Of a stretch of 64,000 nt of DNA, positions 9,954 through 19,826 are shown piece by piece. The position numbers were made by a program, and so were the translations under genes. This DNA comes from Occultella glacieicola (lineage in GTDB: Bacteria; Actinomycetota; Actinomycetes; Actinomycetales; Beutenbergiaceae). Numbering within the stretch: position 1 is the first letter of the stretch; each line of letters begins with the position of its first letter. The notes beneath the pieces were generated by a model. It did no database searches. It was given only the letters and a program-made list of their open reading frames with translations, and was not told the DNA's origin. The DNA lies in assembly GCF_004353825.1 (NCBI RefSeq), contig NZ_SMNA01000005.1:372001-436000 (forward strand), given 5' to 3'.

Positions 9954-11027
9954 CCAGTCGCCCTGTGCCTGGGCGGGCTCCAGGTCGGCGAGCAGCTCCG
10001 GCGTCCCGGCCAGGCGCACCCGGACCCCGCCGGTGGCCGGCTCGAGCCAGCGCACGGTCGCCTCGAACACGTTCGGCCCGTCCGGCCGATCCTCGAAGAG
10101 TTCGACGGCGGAGGGCCGGAACCGCACGACGCACGCCCCGCCGTCGGGCTGCTCGAGCGAGCCGTCGGGTCGGCCGCGGGTCGCGGCCTCGGGTGCGACC
10201 GCCTCGAGCGGCCCGACGGCGGTGCGCACCCCGGCGCGGTCGCGTCGCCCGGGCAGGAGGTTCGTGCCGACGAGCGCGGCGGTGAACGCCGTCCGCGGTG
10301 CACTGAACACCTCGGCGCACCGGCCGCGCTCGACGAGTTCACCCTCGCGCAGCACCGCGACGTGGTCCGCGAGCACAACGGCATCGAGCACGTCGTGGGA
10401 GACCACGACGGCGGTGGTGCCGGTGGCCCGCACCTGCTCGGCGAGGAGCTGCCGGATCTGCGGGGCCGAAGTCGCGTCCAGGGCGGCGAGCGGCTCGTCC
10501 AGCAGCAGCACGGCGGGTTCGGCGGCGAGCGCCCTGGCGATCGCGACCCGCTGCTGCTGCCCGCCGGAGAGCTCACCCGGGCGCCGGTCACCGGTGCCGT
10601 CCAGGCCGACCCGGGCCAGCCACTCGCGGGCCCGCTCGCGCGCGGGGGCGGCCCGCATGCCGGAGCTGCGCAGGCCGAACGCGACGTTCTCGGTGGCGCT
10701 CAGGTGCGGGAACAGCAGCGGGTCCTGGCCGAGCAGCCCCACGCCGCGGTGCTCGGGGGCGACCAGCAGGTCCGGCCCGTCCGGCCGGTCCGGCACTGAC
10801 CCGCGCGGACTGCGGCGGGTCAGGACCCGTTCCCCGACCCGCACCGTCCCGGTGGTCGGCCGGACCAGCCCGGCCACGACGTGCAGCAGGGTGGACTTGC
10901 CGGAGGCGTTCGGGCCCACCACGGCCAGCACCTCACCGGCCGGGACCTCGAGTGCGACGTCCAGGGTGAAGTGGCCACGCTCGACCCGCACGCTGGCCGA
11001 GACCCCGGCCGCCGGCCCGGTCACCAC
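9882..11027 (-). CDS. modC: Molybdate ABC transporter ATP-binding protein
   Basis: GPNASGKST, LSGGQ, LLLDEP, C-terminal TOBE-like region; operon with modAB. Confidence 0.85.
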   Translation of the reverse strand: MVTGPAAGVSASVRVERGHFTLDVALEVPAGEVLAVVGPNASGKSTLLHVVAGLVRPTTGTVRVGERVLTRRSPRGSVPDRPDGPDLLVAPEHRGVGLLGQDPLLFPHLSATENVAFGLRSSGMRAAPARERAREWLARVGLDGTGDRRPGELSGGQQQRVAIARALAAEPAVLLLDEPLAALDATSAPQIRQLLAEQVRATGTTAVVVSHDVLDAVVLADHVAVLREGELVERGRCAEVFSAPRTAFTAALVGTNLLPGRRDRAGVRTAVGPLEAVAPEAATRGRPDGSLEQPDGGACVVRFRPSAVELFEDRPDGPNVFEATVRWLEPATGGVRVRLAGTPELLADLEPAQAQGDWLRPGGRVWARVDPAAVHVAAGDS

Positions 11028-11905
11028 GCCTCCCGGCGGCGCCAGTCCCTCAGGACCAGCAGGATCACCAGGGAGACCACCACGAGGAGCACGGCGAGCG
11101 CGAGCGCCGAGTCCCGGGTCACGCCCGCTCCGTTGAACGCCGTGTAGATCGCCATCGGCATCGTCTGGGTGACGCCGGGCTGGTTGCCCGCGAACAGCGC
11201 GGTCGCCCCGAACTCACCGACCGCTCGGGCGAACGCGAGCACGGTGCCCGCGATCAGTCCCGGCATGACCAGCGGCAGGGTGATCCGGCGCAGCACGGTC
11301 CAGCGCCCGGCACCGAGCGTGGCGGCCACGTACTCGTACCGGGTGCCCGCGGTGCGCAGTGCACCCTCGAGCGAGATCACCAGGAACGGCATCGCGACGA
11401 ACGTCTGGGCCATCACCACGGCCAGGGTGGTGAACGGGACCGTGATCCCGACCACGGTCAGGACCTGCCCGAGGTAGCCGTTGACGCCGAACAGGTACAG
11501 CAGGGCCATGCCGCCGACGAGCGGCGGCAGCACCAGCGGGAGGGTGACGATGATCCGGAGAACCTCCGCCAGGCGGCTCGGCGCCCGGGACAGATACAGC
11601 GCGAGCGGCACTCCGAGGACGAGGCAGCACACCATGGCCGCGAGCCCCGTGCGCAGGGACAGGCTCAGCGCGGACAGGGCAGCGGGCGACGTGATCGCCG
11701 CCGGGAACGTGGCCCAGTCGACCCGCGGGAACAGGGCCACGAGCGGCAGCAGCACCGCGACGAGTCCGAGCACCGCGGGCACCGCGAGCAGCACCGGCAG
11801 CGGGCGCGGTGCGGCGCCGCGCTCCCCGCGCGAGCGCGCGGAGGCCGGAGCGGGCGTCGGGCCGGCCGGTCCCGGCGGTCCGGCGGCGCTCGGGTCGGTG
11901 GTCAT
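11021..11905 (-). CDS. modB: Molybdate ABC transporter permease
   Basis: LPLVLPPLVGG, FARAVGEFGAT; start overlaps modA stop (ATGA). Confidence 0.9.
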   Translation of the reverse strand: MTTDPSAAGPPGPAGPTPAPASARSRGERGAAPRPLPVLLAVPAVLGLVAVLLPLVALFPRVDWATFPAAITSPAALSALSLSLRTGLAAMVCCLVLGVPLALYLSRAPSRLAEVLRIIVTLPLVLPPLVGGMALLYLFGVNGYLGQVLTVVGITVPFTTLAVVMAQTFVAMPFLVISLEGALRTAGTRYEYVAATLGAGRWTVLRRITLPLVMPGLIAGTVLAFARAVGEFGATALFAGNQPGVTQTMPMAIYTAFNGAGVTRDSALALAVLLVVVSLVILLVLRDWRRREAW

Positions 11906-12747
11906 GGGGCGCCGAAGCCGTGCTCCGCCAGGACCGCCCGTCCGGCATCGGAGAGAACGAACTGCACGAACAGCGCGCCGGCGGGCTCGGCACCGTCGAG
12001 TTCGACGATCGGGTAGGTGTTCACGACGTCCTCGGCGCCGGTCGGCACGACGGCCTCGAGGTCGTCGGCCCGGGACGCCACGTCGGTGCCGTAGACGAGG
12101 CCGGCGCCGACGTCGCCGTTGACCACCCGTTCGGCCACCGCGGTCACGTTCTGCTCCTGGCTCACCGGGGTGCCGGTGAACCCCTGCGCCTCGAACAGCC
12201 GGGTGGTGGCGTCGCCGCACGGCACCTCGGGCGCGCAGATTACGAACGTGGTGTCGTCGAGGTCGGGCAGGTCCGCGATCCCGTCCGGGTTCCCGGCCGG
12301 CACCGCGATCACGAGCGTGTTCGTGGCGAACGACTCGGGGGCGCTCGCCTCCAGGCCGGCCGCGGTGATGGCGTCCATGGTCGAGGTGTTGGCGGTGGCG
12401 AGCACGTCGGCGTTCGCTCCCTCCTCGAGCTGGGTGACCAGGGTCGAGGACCCGTCGTAGACGGCCGGCCCGATCTCCACGTCCGGGTACAGCTCGCCGA
12501 ACGCCGCGAGCAGGTCGTCGAAGGGCTCCTGCAGCGAGGCGGCAGCGAACACGGTGAGGGAGCCGCCGAGTTCCTGGGCGTCACCGGTCCCGGAGCCGGC
12601 GTCGGTCGGGTCGCCACCACCGTCGCCGGAGGAGCACGCGACGAGCGCCAGGCCCATCGCGGCCGCGCCGAGCACGGCGATCAGCGTGCGCGAACGAGTG
12701 CCGCGGCGGGCGTGCTGCCGGGCGCAGGACGGGAGGGACCGGGTCAC
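11902..12747 (-). CDS. modA: Molybdate ABC transporter substrate-binding lipoprotein
   Basis: Lipobox LVAC; VFAAASL, GSSTL, EVPCG, GLVYGTD. Confidence 0.9.
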   Translation of the reverse strand: MTRSLPSCARQHARRGTRSRTLIAVLGAAAMGLALVACSSGDGGGDPTDAGSGTGDAQELGGSLTVFAAASLQEPFDDLLAAFGELYPDVEIGPAVYDGSSTLVTQLEEGANADVLATANTSTMDAITAAGLEASAPESFATNTLVIAVPAGNPDGIADLPDLDDTTFVICAPEVPCGDATTRLFEAQGFTGTPVSQEQNVTAVAERVVNGDVGAGLVYGTDVASRADDLEAVVPTGAEDVVNTYPIVELDGAEPAGALFVQFVLSDAGRAVLAEHGFGAP

Positions 12748-13148
12748 CGGGGCTGCCTCTCCGTCTCGACGATCACGGTGGTCGCCTTGACCACGGCCAC
12801 GGCCGTGGATCCGACCTCGAGGCCGAGCTCGCGCACGGCCTCGCTGGACATCAGTGACACCACCCGGAACGGGCCGCACTGCAGCTCGACCTGCGCCATC
12901 ACGGTGTCGGCGACGATGTTCGTGACCAGGCCGACGAACCGGTTCCGGGCACTGCTGGCGGTAGCGGTCGGGTCCTCGGGTGCGTGGGCCAGCTGTTGGG
13001 CCCAGCGGGCCAGCTCCACCCCGGGGATCACCTGCCGGCCGGCCTCGTCGCGGGTGGCGTTCAGGGACCCCGACTCCACCCGGCGGCGCACCGTGTCCGC
13101 ACTCACGCCGATGAGACGAGCGGCCTCGCTGATTCGATAGTGCGTCAC
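12744..13148 (-). CDS. MerR/excisionase-type HTH plus TOBE molybdate-binding regulator
   Basis: YRISEAARLIGVSADTVRR HTH; SARNRFVG and AVVKAT TOBE motifs; heads the mod operon. Confidence 0.9.
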   Translation of the reverse strand: MTHYRISEAARLIGVSADTVRRRVESGSLNATRDEAGRQVIPGVELARWAQQLAHAPEDPTATASSARNRFVGLVTNIVADTVMAQVELQCGPFRVVSLMSSEAVRELGLEVGSTAVAVVKATTVIVETERQPR

Positions 13149-13366
13149 ATTGCGGAGCATATCAACGCAACTGCGCGCGAAGCGGCGGATGTGAGATGCA
13201 TCTGCGACTTACTCCCGGTTCCCGATCGACCGAGCCCCCCGGCGCCGAGCGAGCGTGCCGTGCAACGCTCGGTCGGCCGCAACCCGCTCGGCCGACCGGC
13301 GAGGTAGTCGATCGGGTCGGCTCGGTGTGTGGTTGCCCGAGCCGCGCGGTCGTTACATTGAGAGAC

Positions 13367-14131
13367 ATGCGCATCACCTCGAGCAGCGTTGCTCTGATCT
13401 CCGGCGCCGCGTCCGGCCTGGGCGAGGCGACCGCCCGTCGGCTCCTCGCCGACGGAGCCGCCGTCGTCCTGGCCGACCTCCCCACCTCCCGCGGTGCCGA
13501 CCTCGCCGAGGAACTCGGCCCGCGCGCCGCGTTCGCCCCGACCGACGTGCGCGACGAGGACCAGGTGCGCGCCGCCGTCGCCACGGCCACCGGGCTGGGC
13601 GAGCTCCGGATCGCGGTGACCTGCGCGGGCGTGGCGACGCCCGGCCGGATCCTCGGCAAGCGTGGCCTGCTCCCCCTGGACACCTACCGCACCGTCGTCG
13701 AGATCAACCTCATCGGCACGTTCAACGTGCTGCGCCTCGCGGCCGAGGCGATGGCCGGCAACACCGAGGTCGACGGCGATCGCGGCGTGGTCGTGATGAC
13801 GGCCTCGGTCGCGGCGTACGACGGGCAGGTGGGCCAGGCCGCGTACGCGTCCTCCAAGGGCGGGGTGGTCGCCCTGACCCTCACCGCCGCACGCGACCTC
13901 GCCGCCCTGGGCATCCGGGTCGTGACCATCGCGCCGGGCGTCATGGAGACACCGATGATGGCCGGCCTGCCGGAGGAGACCCGGACGTCCCTGGAGGGGC
14001 TCGTGCCGCACCCGTCCCGGCTCGGACGTCCCGAGGAGTACGCCGCGCTCGCCGCGCACCTCGTGGACAACCCGCTACTGAACGGTGAGGTCATCCGCCT
14101 CGACGGCGCCCTCCGGATGCCCCCGCGCTGA
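13367..14131 (+). CDS. SDR oxidoreductase (3-hydroxyacyl-CoA dehydrogenase type 2-like)
   Basis: SGAASGLG, YASSK, IRLDGALRMPPR. Confidence 0.9.
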   Translation: MRITSSSVALISGAASGLGEATARRLLADGAAVVLADLPTSRGADLAEELGPRAAFAPTDVRDEDQVRAAVATATGLGELRIAVTCAGVATPGRILGKRGLLPLDTYRTVVEINLIGTFNVLRLAAEAMAGNTEVDGDRGVVVMTASVAAYDGQVGQAAYASSKGGVVALTLTAARDLAALGIRVVTIAPGVMETPMMAGLPEETRTSLEGLVPHPSRLGRPEEYAALAAHLVDNPLLNGEVIRLDGALRMPPR

Positions 14132-14250
14132 GAGCGGCGGCGGCGGGACCTGTAGCGGTGTGACTCCGACGCACCCGGTACGTCGGAATCGCACCACACG
14201 ACGAACCTCGCGGCGGTCGGAACCGCGCACGCACGGGCTACGGTGGGACC

Positions 14251-15501
14251 ATGCCGCTGCCGCCCCTCGTCGCCCCCGGCCCGCCGCTGACCCGCGCCGA
14301 TTCGGACCGGCTGGCCCGGCACCTGATGCTGCCCCAGGTCGGCGAGGACGGGCAGCGCCGGATCATGGCCGCGAGGGTGGCCGTGGTGGGCGCCGGCGGC
14401 CTCGGCTCACCCGTGCTGCAGTACCTCGCCGCGGCCGGCGTCGGCACGATCGCGATCATCGACGACGACGTGGTCGAGCGCTCCAACCTCCAGCGGCAGG
14501 TGCTCCACACCGTCGCCGACATCGGGCGCCGCAAGGTGGACTCCGCGGCCGAGAAGATCGCCGAGCTCGCCCCGCGGGCGACGCTGGTCAAACACGCCGT
14601 GCGCCTGGACGCCGGCAACGCCGAGCAGATCCTGGGCGGGTACGACGTGGTGCTCGACGGCACCGACAACTTCACCACCCGCTACCTCGTCAACGACACC
14701 TGCGCGCGCCTCGGGACCCCCCTGGTGTGGGCCTCGATCTTCCAGTTCGACGCGCAGGTCTCCGTGTTCTGGTCCCGCCCGCCCGCGCCGGCCGCGCCGG
14801 TGACGCTGCGCGACCTGTTCCCGCAGGCACCGCCGGAGGGTTCCGTGCCCTCCTGCGCGGAGGCCGGCGTGCTCGGTGTGCTGTGCGGGCAGGTCGGTTC
14901 GGTGATGGCCGCGGAAGCCCTCAAGCTCATCGCCGGGTTTGGCGAACCGCTGCTCGGTCGGGTCCTCGTGGTGGACGCACTGAATGCTCGCTGGACCGAG
15001 GTGCCGCTTCGCCCACGGGCGACGGCGCAGGCCGGGCCGGGCGCGCGTCCGGCTGCGTCGGTGCCGCCGGTGCCATCGGTGCCATCAGTGCCGCCAGTAC
15101 CCCTCACCCGGGTCCCGCCGCCCCCGGGCGGCTACCCGCCGCACCCCGGCCGCACCGGACCGGCCCGCCCGACCCCGCCGGCGCCGTCGGGCATCGGCCG
15201 GATCAGCGCCGACGAGCTGGACCGTCGACTCCAGGCGCGACGCCGGCGCGAGGACGACTTCGAGCTCGTCGACGTGCGCGACCCCGCCGAGTTCGCCCAG
15301 AACTCGATCCCGGGCGCCCAGCTGATCCCGCTGTCGTTCGCCCTCACCGAGGCCGGCCGTACCGGTCTGGACACCCACACCGAGGTGATCCTGTACTGCA
15401 AGACCGGGCCGCGCGCCGACCGCGCCGCGACCGCGTTCGAGCGTGCCGGATTCCGGACCGCCGTGCTGGCCGGGGGGATCGACGCATGGGAGAACCGGTG
15501 A
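14251..15501 (+). CDS. moeB: Molybdopterin-synthase adenylyltransferase (ThiF plus rhodanese, MoeZ-like)
   Basis: GAGGLGSP, SNLQRQ, DGTDNF, SCAEAGVLG; rhodanese DVR...YCKTGPR. Confidence 0.9.
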   Translation: MPLPPLVAPGPPLTRADSDRLARHLMLPQVGEDGQRRIMAARVAVVGAGGLGSPVLQYLAAAGVGTIAIIDDDVVERSNLQRQVLHTVADIGRRKVDSAAEKIAELAPRATLVKHAVRLDAGNAEQILGGYDVVLDGTDNFTTRYLVNDTCARLGTPLVWASIFQFDAQVSVFWSRPPAPAAPVTLRDLFPQAPPEGSVPSCAEAGVLGVLCGQVGSVMAAEALKLIAGFGEPLLGRVLVVDALNARWTEVPLRPRATAQAGPGARPAASVPPVPSVPSVPPVPLTRVPPPPGGYPPHPGRTGPARPTPPAPSGIGRISADELDRRLQARRRREDDFELVDVRDPAEFAQNSIPGAQLIPLSFALTEAGRTGLDTHTEVILYCKTGPRADRAATAFERAGFRTAVLAGGIDAWENR

Positions 15502-16733
15502 AGCGCTCGGTCGCCGAGCACCAGCGCACCGTGCTGGCCGCCCTCGAGCCGCTGCCCGCCCGCGACGTGCCGATCGGCGGGGCGGGCGGCGCGGTGCTCG
15601 CGGCGGACGTGCGCTCACGCACGCCGATCCCGCTCTTCGACAACTCCGCCATGGACGGCTACGCGGTGCGCCGGGCGGACCTGATCGGCGCAGGGCCGGA
15701 CCATCCGGTGGCCCTGCCGGTGATCGCGGACCTGCCCGCCGGGACCGGTGAACGCCCCGAGATCGGGCCGGGCACCGCGGCCCGGATCATGACCGGCGCG
15801 CCGATGCCTCCGGGAGCGGACGCCGTGGTGCCCGTCGAGGAAACCGACGCCGGCACCACCACGGTGACGATCACCGCCGAGCCCGCCGAGGCGGCCCACA
15901 TCCGCCGGGCCGGGGACGACCTCGCCACCGGCGAACTGGTGCTGCGCGCCGGCACCCGGCTGACCGCCCGGCACCTCGCCGCGGCGGCCGGCGCCGGGCA
16001 CGGCTCGCTGCCGGTCCATCCCAGACCCCGGGTCGCCGTGATCTCGACCGGCACCGAGCTCGTCGACCCCGGCACGGAGCCGGCCTGGGGCCAGATCCCG
16101 GACTCGAACTCCTACCTGCTCGCCCAGTCCGTGACCGAGGCCGGCGGCGCCCCGGTGCGGATCGGCGCGGTGCCCGACGACGAGGCCGCGTTCGCGCGAC
16201 TGCTCGCCGAGGTGTCCCCCGACGTGGACGCGATCGTGCTGTCCGGCGGGGTGAGCGTGGGCGCGTTCGATGTGGTCAAGGCCGTGCTCGCGCCGCTGCC
16301 GTCGATGTGGTTCGGGCCGCTCGCGATGCAGCCGGGCAAGCCGCAGGGCTTCGGCCGCCTCGCCGACGGCACGGTCGTGTTCGCGCTGCCCGGCAACCCG
16401 GTGAGCGTGTACGTGTCCTTCGAGGTGTTCGTCCGCCCGGGACTGCGCCGGCTGGCCGGGGACACCGCGCCGCTGCCGCGCCCGGTCGACGCCGTGGCCG
16501 AGGTGGGCTGGCGCTCGCCGCCCGGGCGGGAGCAGTACATGCCGGTCGTGATAGCTCAGGACGGGGCCGACGGCGGCGCCGGACTCCTGCGGGTGCGCCC
16601 CTCCGCGCGGCGCGGGTCGGGCTCACACCTGGTCGGTGGGTTGGCCGGGGCGGACGGCCTCGCCCGGGTGGCCGCCGACGTCGACGAGGTCAGTGCCGGT
16701 GACCGCGTCGCGGTGCTGTGGGGGGCCTCATGA
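15498..16733 (+). CDS. moeA: Molybdopterin molybdotransferase
   Basis: [37 protein letters not shown]. Confidence 0.95.
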   Translation: MKRSVAEHQRTVLAALEPLPARDVPIGGAGGAVLAADVRSRTPIPLFDNSAMDGYAVRRADLIGAGPDHPVALPVIADLPAGTGERPEIGPGTAARIMTGAPMPPGADAVVPVEETDAGTTTVTITAEPAEAAHIRRAGDDLATGELVLRAGTRLTARHLAAAAGAGHGSLPVHPRPRVAVISTGTELVDPGTEPAWGQIPDSNSYLLAQSVTEAGGAPVRIGAVPDDEAAFARLLAEVSPDVDAIVLSGGVSVGAFDVVKAVLAPLPSMWFGPLAMQPGKPQGFGRLADGTVVFALPGNPVSVYVSFEVFVRPGLRRLAGDTAPLPRPVDAVAEVGWRSPPGREQYMPVVIAQDGADGGAGLLRVRPSARRGSGSHLVGGLAGADGLARVAADVDEVSAGDRVAVLWGAS

Positions 16734-17206
16734 CCGGATTCACCCACCTCGACGGCGCCGGGCAGGCCCGCATGGTCGACGTCACCGAGAAGACGCCGAC
16801 CGTCCGCTCGGCGACCGCCGAGGCGCTGGTCGAGTGCGCCCCGCGCGCGGTGGCGGCCCTGCGGGAGGACTCGGTGCCGAAGGGCGACGTGCTCGCCGTG
16901 GCCCGCGTGGCCGGGATCGCCGCCGCGAAGCGCACCCCCGAACTGCTGCCGCTCGCGCACGTGATCGGGGTGCACGGGGTGGTGGTCGAGGCCGAGATCG
17001 GCGACGACGGCGTTCACCTGCGCGCGACCGTGCGCACCGCCGACCGGACCGGGGTGGAGATGGAGGCCCTGACCGCGGTGAGCGTCGCGGCCCTGAACGT
17101 GGTGGACATGGTCAAGGGACTGGACAAGGCGGTGTCCATCACCGGGATCCGGCTGCTCAGCAAGACCGGCGGGAAGTCCGGGGACTGGCACCGGGACCAG
17201 AGCTGA
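16730..17206 (+). CDS. moaC: Cyclic pyranopterin monophosphate synthase
   Basis: THLD...[27 protein letters not shown]. Confidence 0.95.
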   Translation: MTGFTHLDGAGQARMVDVTEKTPTVRSATAEALVECAPRAVAALREDSVPKGDVLAVARVAGIAAAKRTPELLPLAHVIGVHGVVVEAEIGDDGVHLRATVRTADRTGVEMEALTAVSVAALNVVDMVKGLDKAVSITGIRLLSKTGGKSGDWHRDQS

Positions 17207-17242
17207 CCCACGATGACCGTCGGCCCGCCGTACCCGATCGAC

Positions 17243-17321
17243 CCGGCACTGTTCGTTCCGGCACTGTTCGTTCCGGCACTGTTCGTTCCGGCACTGTTCG
17301 TTCCGGCACTGTTCGTTCCGG
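17243..17321. repeat. Perfect 15-bp tandem repeat x5 (CCGGCACTGTTCGTT)
   Basis: Five exact units between moaC and mobA, plus 4 nt of a sixth. Confidence 0.95.
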
Positions 17322-17358
17322 TGCGCCGGGCTCGGCCGGAGCCGGGACGGCAGCAGCC

Positions 17359-18351
17359 GTGACCGGCGCCGCCCGCGACGTCATCGTGCTCGCCGGCGGC
17401 CGCGCGGAGCGGCTCGGCGGGGCCAGCAAGCCGCAGGTGCGGGTCGGTGGTCAGACACTGCTCGAGCGGGTGCTTGCGGCAGCCTCCGACGACGCCGGGC
17501 ACCCCGTCCGCGCGGTGGTCGTCGGCCCGGCCGAGCTCGCCTCGACGGATGTGCGGGCCGGTCTGGCGCTCCGGGTGGTGCGTGAGGACCCGCCGTTCGG
17601 TGGCCCGGTGGCCGGGCTCGCCGCCGGCCTGGCCGAGCTCGAGACGTGGGCCGGTGCGGCCCGCCCCCCCGACCTGCCCGTGCTGGTACTGGCCTGCGAC
17701 CTCCCGTACGTCAGCACCGCCGTCGGGCCCCTGCTGGAGCGTTTCGCCACGCTCGGCGAGGACGAGGACGGTGCGTGCGCCGAGCAGGACGGCCGCCTGC
17801 AGTGGCTCGTCGGTGCCTACCGGCGCGAGGCGCTGCGACGTGCCCTCGGCGCGCTCGGCAGGCACGGCAGCGTCCAGGGCGCCTCCGTGCGGGCCCTGGT
17901 GGCACCGCTGCGGCTGGTCGGGGTGGGCGGTGTCGACGCCCGGGACGTCGACACCTGGGCGGAGGTCGCGGGCGCCCGGGAGCGGCTGGGCGAGCCTCGG
18001 GCCGGGGACGGTCCTGGGGTCGGCGCCGATGTGGCAGAGTCTGTTCAACGGCGAGGAGGACCGATGAGTCGTGAACTACCCCCGATCCAGGACTGGGTCG
18101 AGACGCTGGCGGCCGAGCTCGGGGTCGATCCCGCGCTGGTGGACCTGCGCGCGCTGCTCGACATGACCCGGGACGTCGCGCACCACGTGGACCGCCCGGC
18201 GGCCCCGGTGAGTGCGTTCATCGTGGGACTCGCCGCCGGTTCCGGGGCCTCGGTGGACCAGGTCCAACAGCTGTGCGCGCGCACCTCCGACCTCGCCCGC
18301 GCCCGCAGTGGCGATGATCACGCCGGCGCCGGACCGGCGGCCGACCGATGA
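17359..18351 (+). CDS. mobA: MobA-like NTP transferase fused to a DUF6457-like C-terminal domain
   Basis: VIVLAGGRAERLGG, GGPVAG, LACDLP, DVDT; C-terminal LLDMTRDVAHHVDRPAAPVSAF. Confidence 0.75.
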   Translation: MTGAARDVIVLAGGRAERLGGASKPQVRVGGQTLLERVLAAASDDAGHPVRAVVVGPAELASTDVRAGLALRVVREDPPFGGPVAGLAAGLAELETWAGAARPPDLPVLVLACDLPYVSTAVGPLLERFATLGEDEDGACAEQDGRLQWLVGAYRREALRRALGALGRHGSVQGASVRALVAPLRLVGVGGVDARDVDTWAEVAGARERLGEPRAGDGPGVGADVAESVQRRGGPMSRELPPIQDWVETLAAELGVDPALVDLRALLDMTRDVAHHVDRPAAPVSAFIVGLAAGSGASVDQVQQLCARTSDLARARSGDDHAGAGPAADR

Positions 18352-18584
18352 CCGAGGTCCGCTACTTCGCCGCGGCCGCCGAAGCCGCTGGTCGCAGCGG
18401 CGAGTCGCTCGCCGCAGGCACCGTCGGGGAACTGCGCGAACTGATGGTGAGCCGGCACGGCGAGGCCCTGGAACGGGTGCTCTCCCGTTGTTCCCTCCTG
18501 GTCGACGGGGTAGCCTCCCCCGATGATGTCTCGCTGGATGACGACACCGTGGTGGACGTACTCCCCCCGTTCGCGGGAGGCTGA
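18348..18584 (+). CDS. moaD: MoaD/ThiS sulfur carrier protein
   Basis: VRYFAAA start; VLPPFAGG C-terminal di-glycine. Confidence 0.9.
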   Translation: MTEVRYFAAAAEAAGRSGESLAAGTVGELRELMVSRHGEALERVLSRCSLLVDGVASPDDVSLDDDTVVDVLPPFAGG

Positions 18585-18605
18585 GAACCTCGGCGGCAGC
18601 GGCCG

Positions 18606-19826
18606 TTGAGGCCGGCCCCCACCGCAGCGACCACGGCTGCCCCCAGGGCAGCCACCGAAGCGACCAGGACGACCGGGTCACGTGACCGGGCGCCCGGGGC
18701 GGCGCCGCGCCTGCGCGCCCTCGACGCCCTGCGACTACTCGCCGCGCTGACCGTGGTGCTGATGCACTTCACCACCCGCGACCACGGGCGGTGGGGTGTC
18801 GACGTGCTTCCACACGAGCTGTTCCCGGGCCTGAGCGAGGTGCTCCGGTACGGCTATGTCGGGATGCACCTGTTCTTCGTGCTGAGCGGGTTCGTGATCC
18901 TGATGTCCGCCTGGGGGCGATCGACCGGTTCGTTCGTGGCCTCCCGGATCAGCCGCCTGTACCCCGCGTTCTGGGTCGCCGTGCTGCTCACCGCGACGCT
19001 GCGCTGGCTCTGGCCGACGTTCGAGGCGCGCTCGGTGCCGGAGGTGCTCGCGAACCTGACCATGTTCCATGAGCCGTTCGACGTGGTGCACGTGGACGGC
19101 GTGTACTGGACGCTCTGGGTGGAGATGCAGTTCTACCTGCTCATGGCCGTCCTGGTGGCGCTCGGGCTGACCCGGCGCCGGGTCCTGGTCACGGCGACGG
19201 CCCTGCCGCTGGTGGGCACGGCGCTCACCCTGACGATGCCAGGCGCGACCGAGACCGTGACGGCGCTCAGCTGGGTGTCGATGTTCGGTGCCGGCATGGT
19301 CATGTACCTGATCTACCGGGACGGGCACAGCGTGAAGCTGTGGGCGCTGGTCGCCCTGAACACCGCACAGGGAGTGCTGGTCGCGGCCCTGACCCAGACC
19401 GACTCGATCGAGGCGATCTCCTCCGGAGCCGAGGTCTCCCCGCTGGTCCTCGCGCTGGCGGTCCTGGGCGTGGTTGCCGCGGTGGCGGTGATCGCGTTCG
19501 TGCCGGCGATCCGGGATCTGGACTGGCGCTGGCTGACCGCCGTCGGCACCCTCACGTTCCCGCTGTACCTCACCCACGAGTACGTGGGCTGGGCGCTGAT
19601 CGAGGCGCTGCATCCCGTGCTCGGGAAGTGGGGCACCCTGGCCGTCGCGGTCGGCGTGTGCCTGGGCCTGGCCTGGCTGATCCACCGGTTCGTGGAGAAG
19701 CGGTGGCACCGGAGGATGCGCCGGTGGCTCGAGGCGCGCCTCAGCCCGCCGCGCGCCACGCCGGACCTGCCGGCCTCGGATCCACCGGTCGCCCGGACGT
19801 CAGGGTCGGTCGGTCAGTCCCAGTGA
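18606..19826 (+). CDS. Acyltransferase family 3 membrane protein
   Basis: LDALR, FFVLSGF, RLYP, YWTLWVEMQFY, LYLTH; many TMs; start uncertain. Confidence 0.85.
   Translation: MRPAPTAATTAAPRAATEATRTTGSRDRAPGAAPRLRALDALRLLAALTVVLMHFTTRDHGRWGVDVLPHELFPGLSEVLRYGYVGMHLFFVLSGFVILMSAWGRSTGSFVASRISRLYPAFWVAVLLTATLRWLWPTFEARSVPEVLANLTMFHEPFDVVHVDGVYWTLWVEMQFYLLMAVLVALGLTRRRVLVTATALPLVGTALTLTMPGATETVTALSWVSMFGAGMVMYLIYRDGHSVKLWALVALNTAQGVLVAALTQTDSIEAISSGAEVSPLVLALAVLGVVAAVAVIAFVPAIRDLDWRWLTAVGTLTFPLYLTHEYVGWALIEALHPVLGKWGTLAVAVGVCLGLAWLIHRFVEKRWHRRMRRWLEARLSPPRATPDLPASDPPVARTSGSVGQSQ

Noticed and set aside
14157..14195. Hairpin upstream of moeB as a Moco riboswitch
   Set aside because: It is a single simple stem upstream of the apparent leaderless moeB promoter, and more likely the terminator of the SDR gene.
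17243..17321. Possible CRISPR array
   Set aside because: The 15-bp units are contiguous with no spacers, and no cas genes are present.
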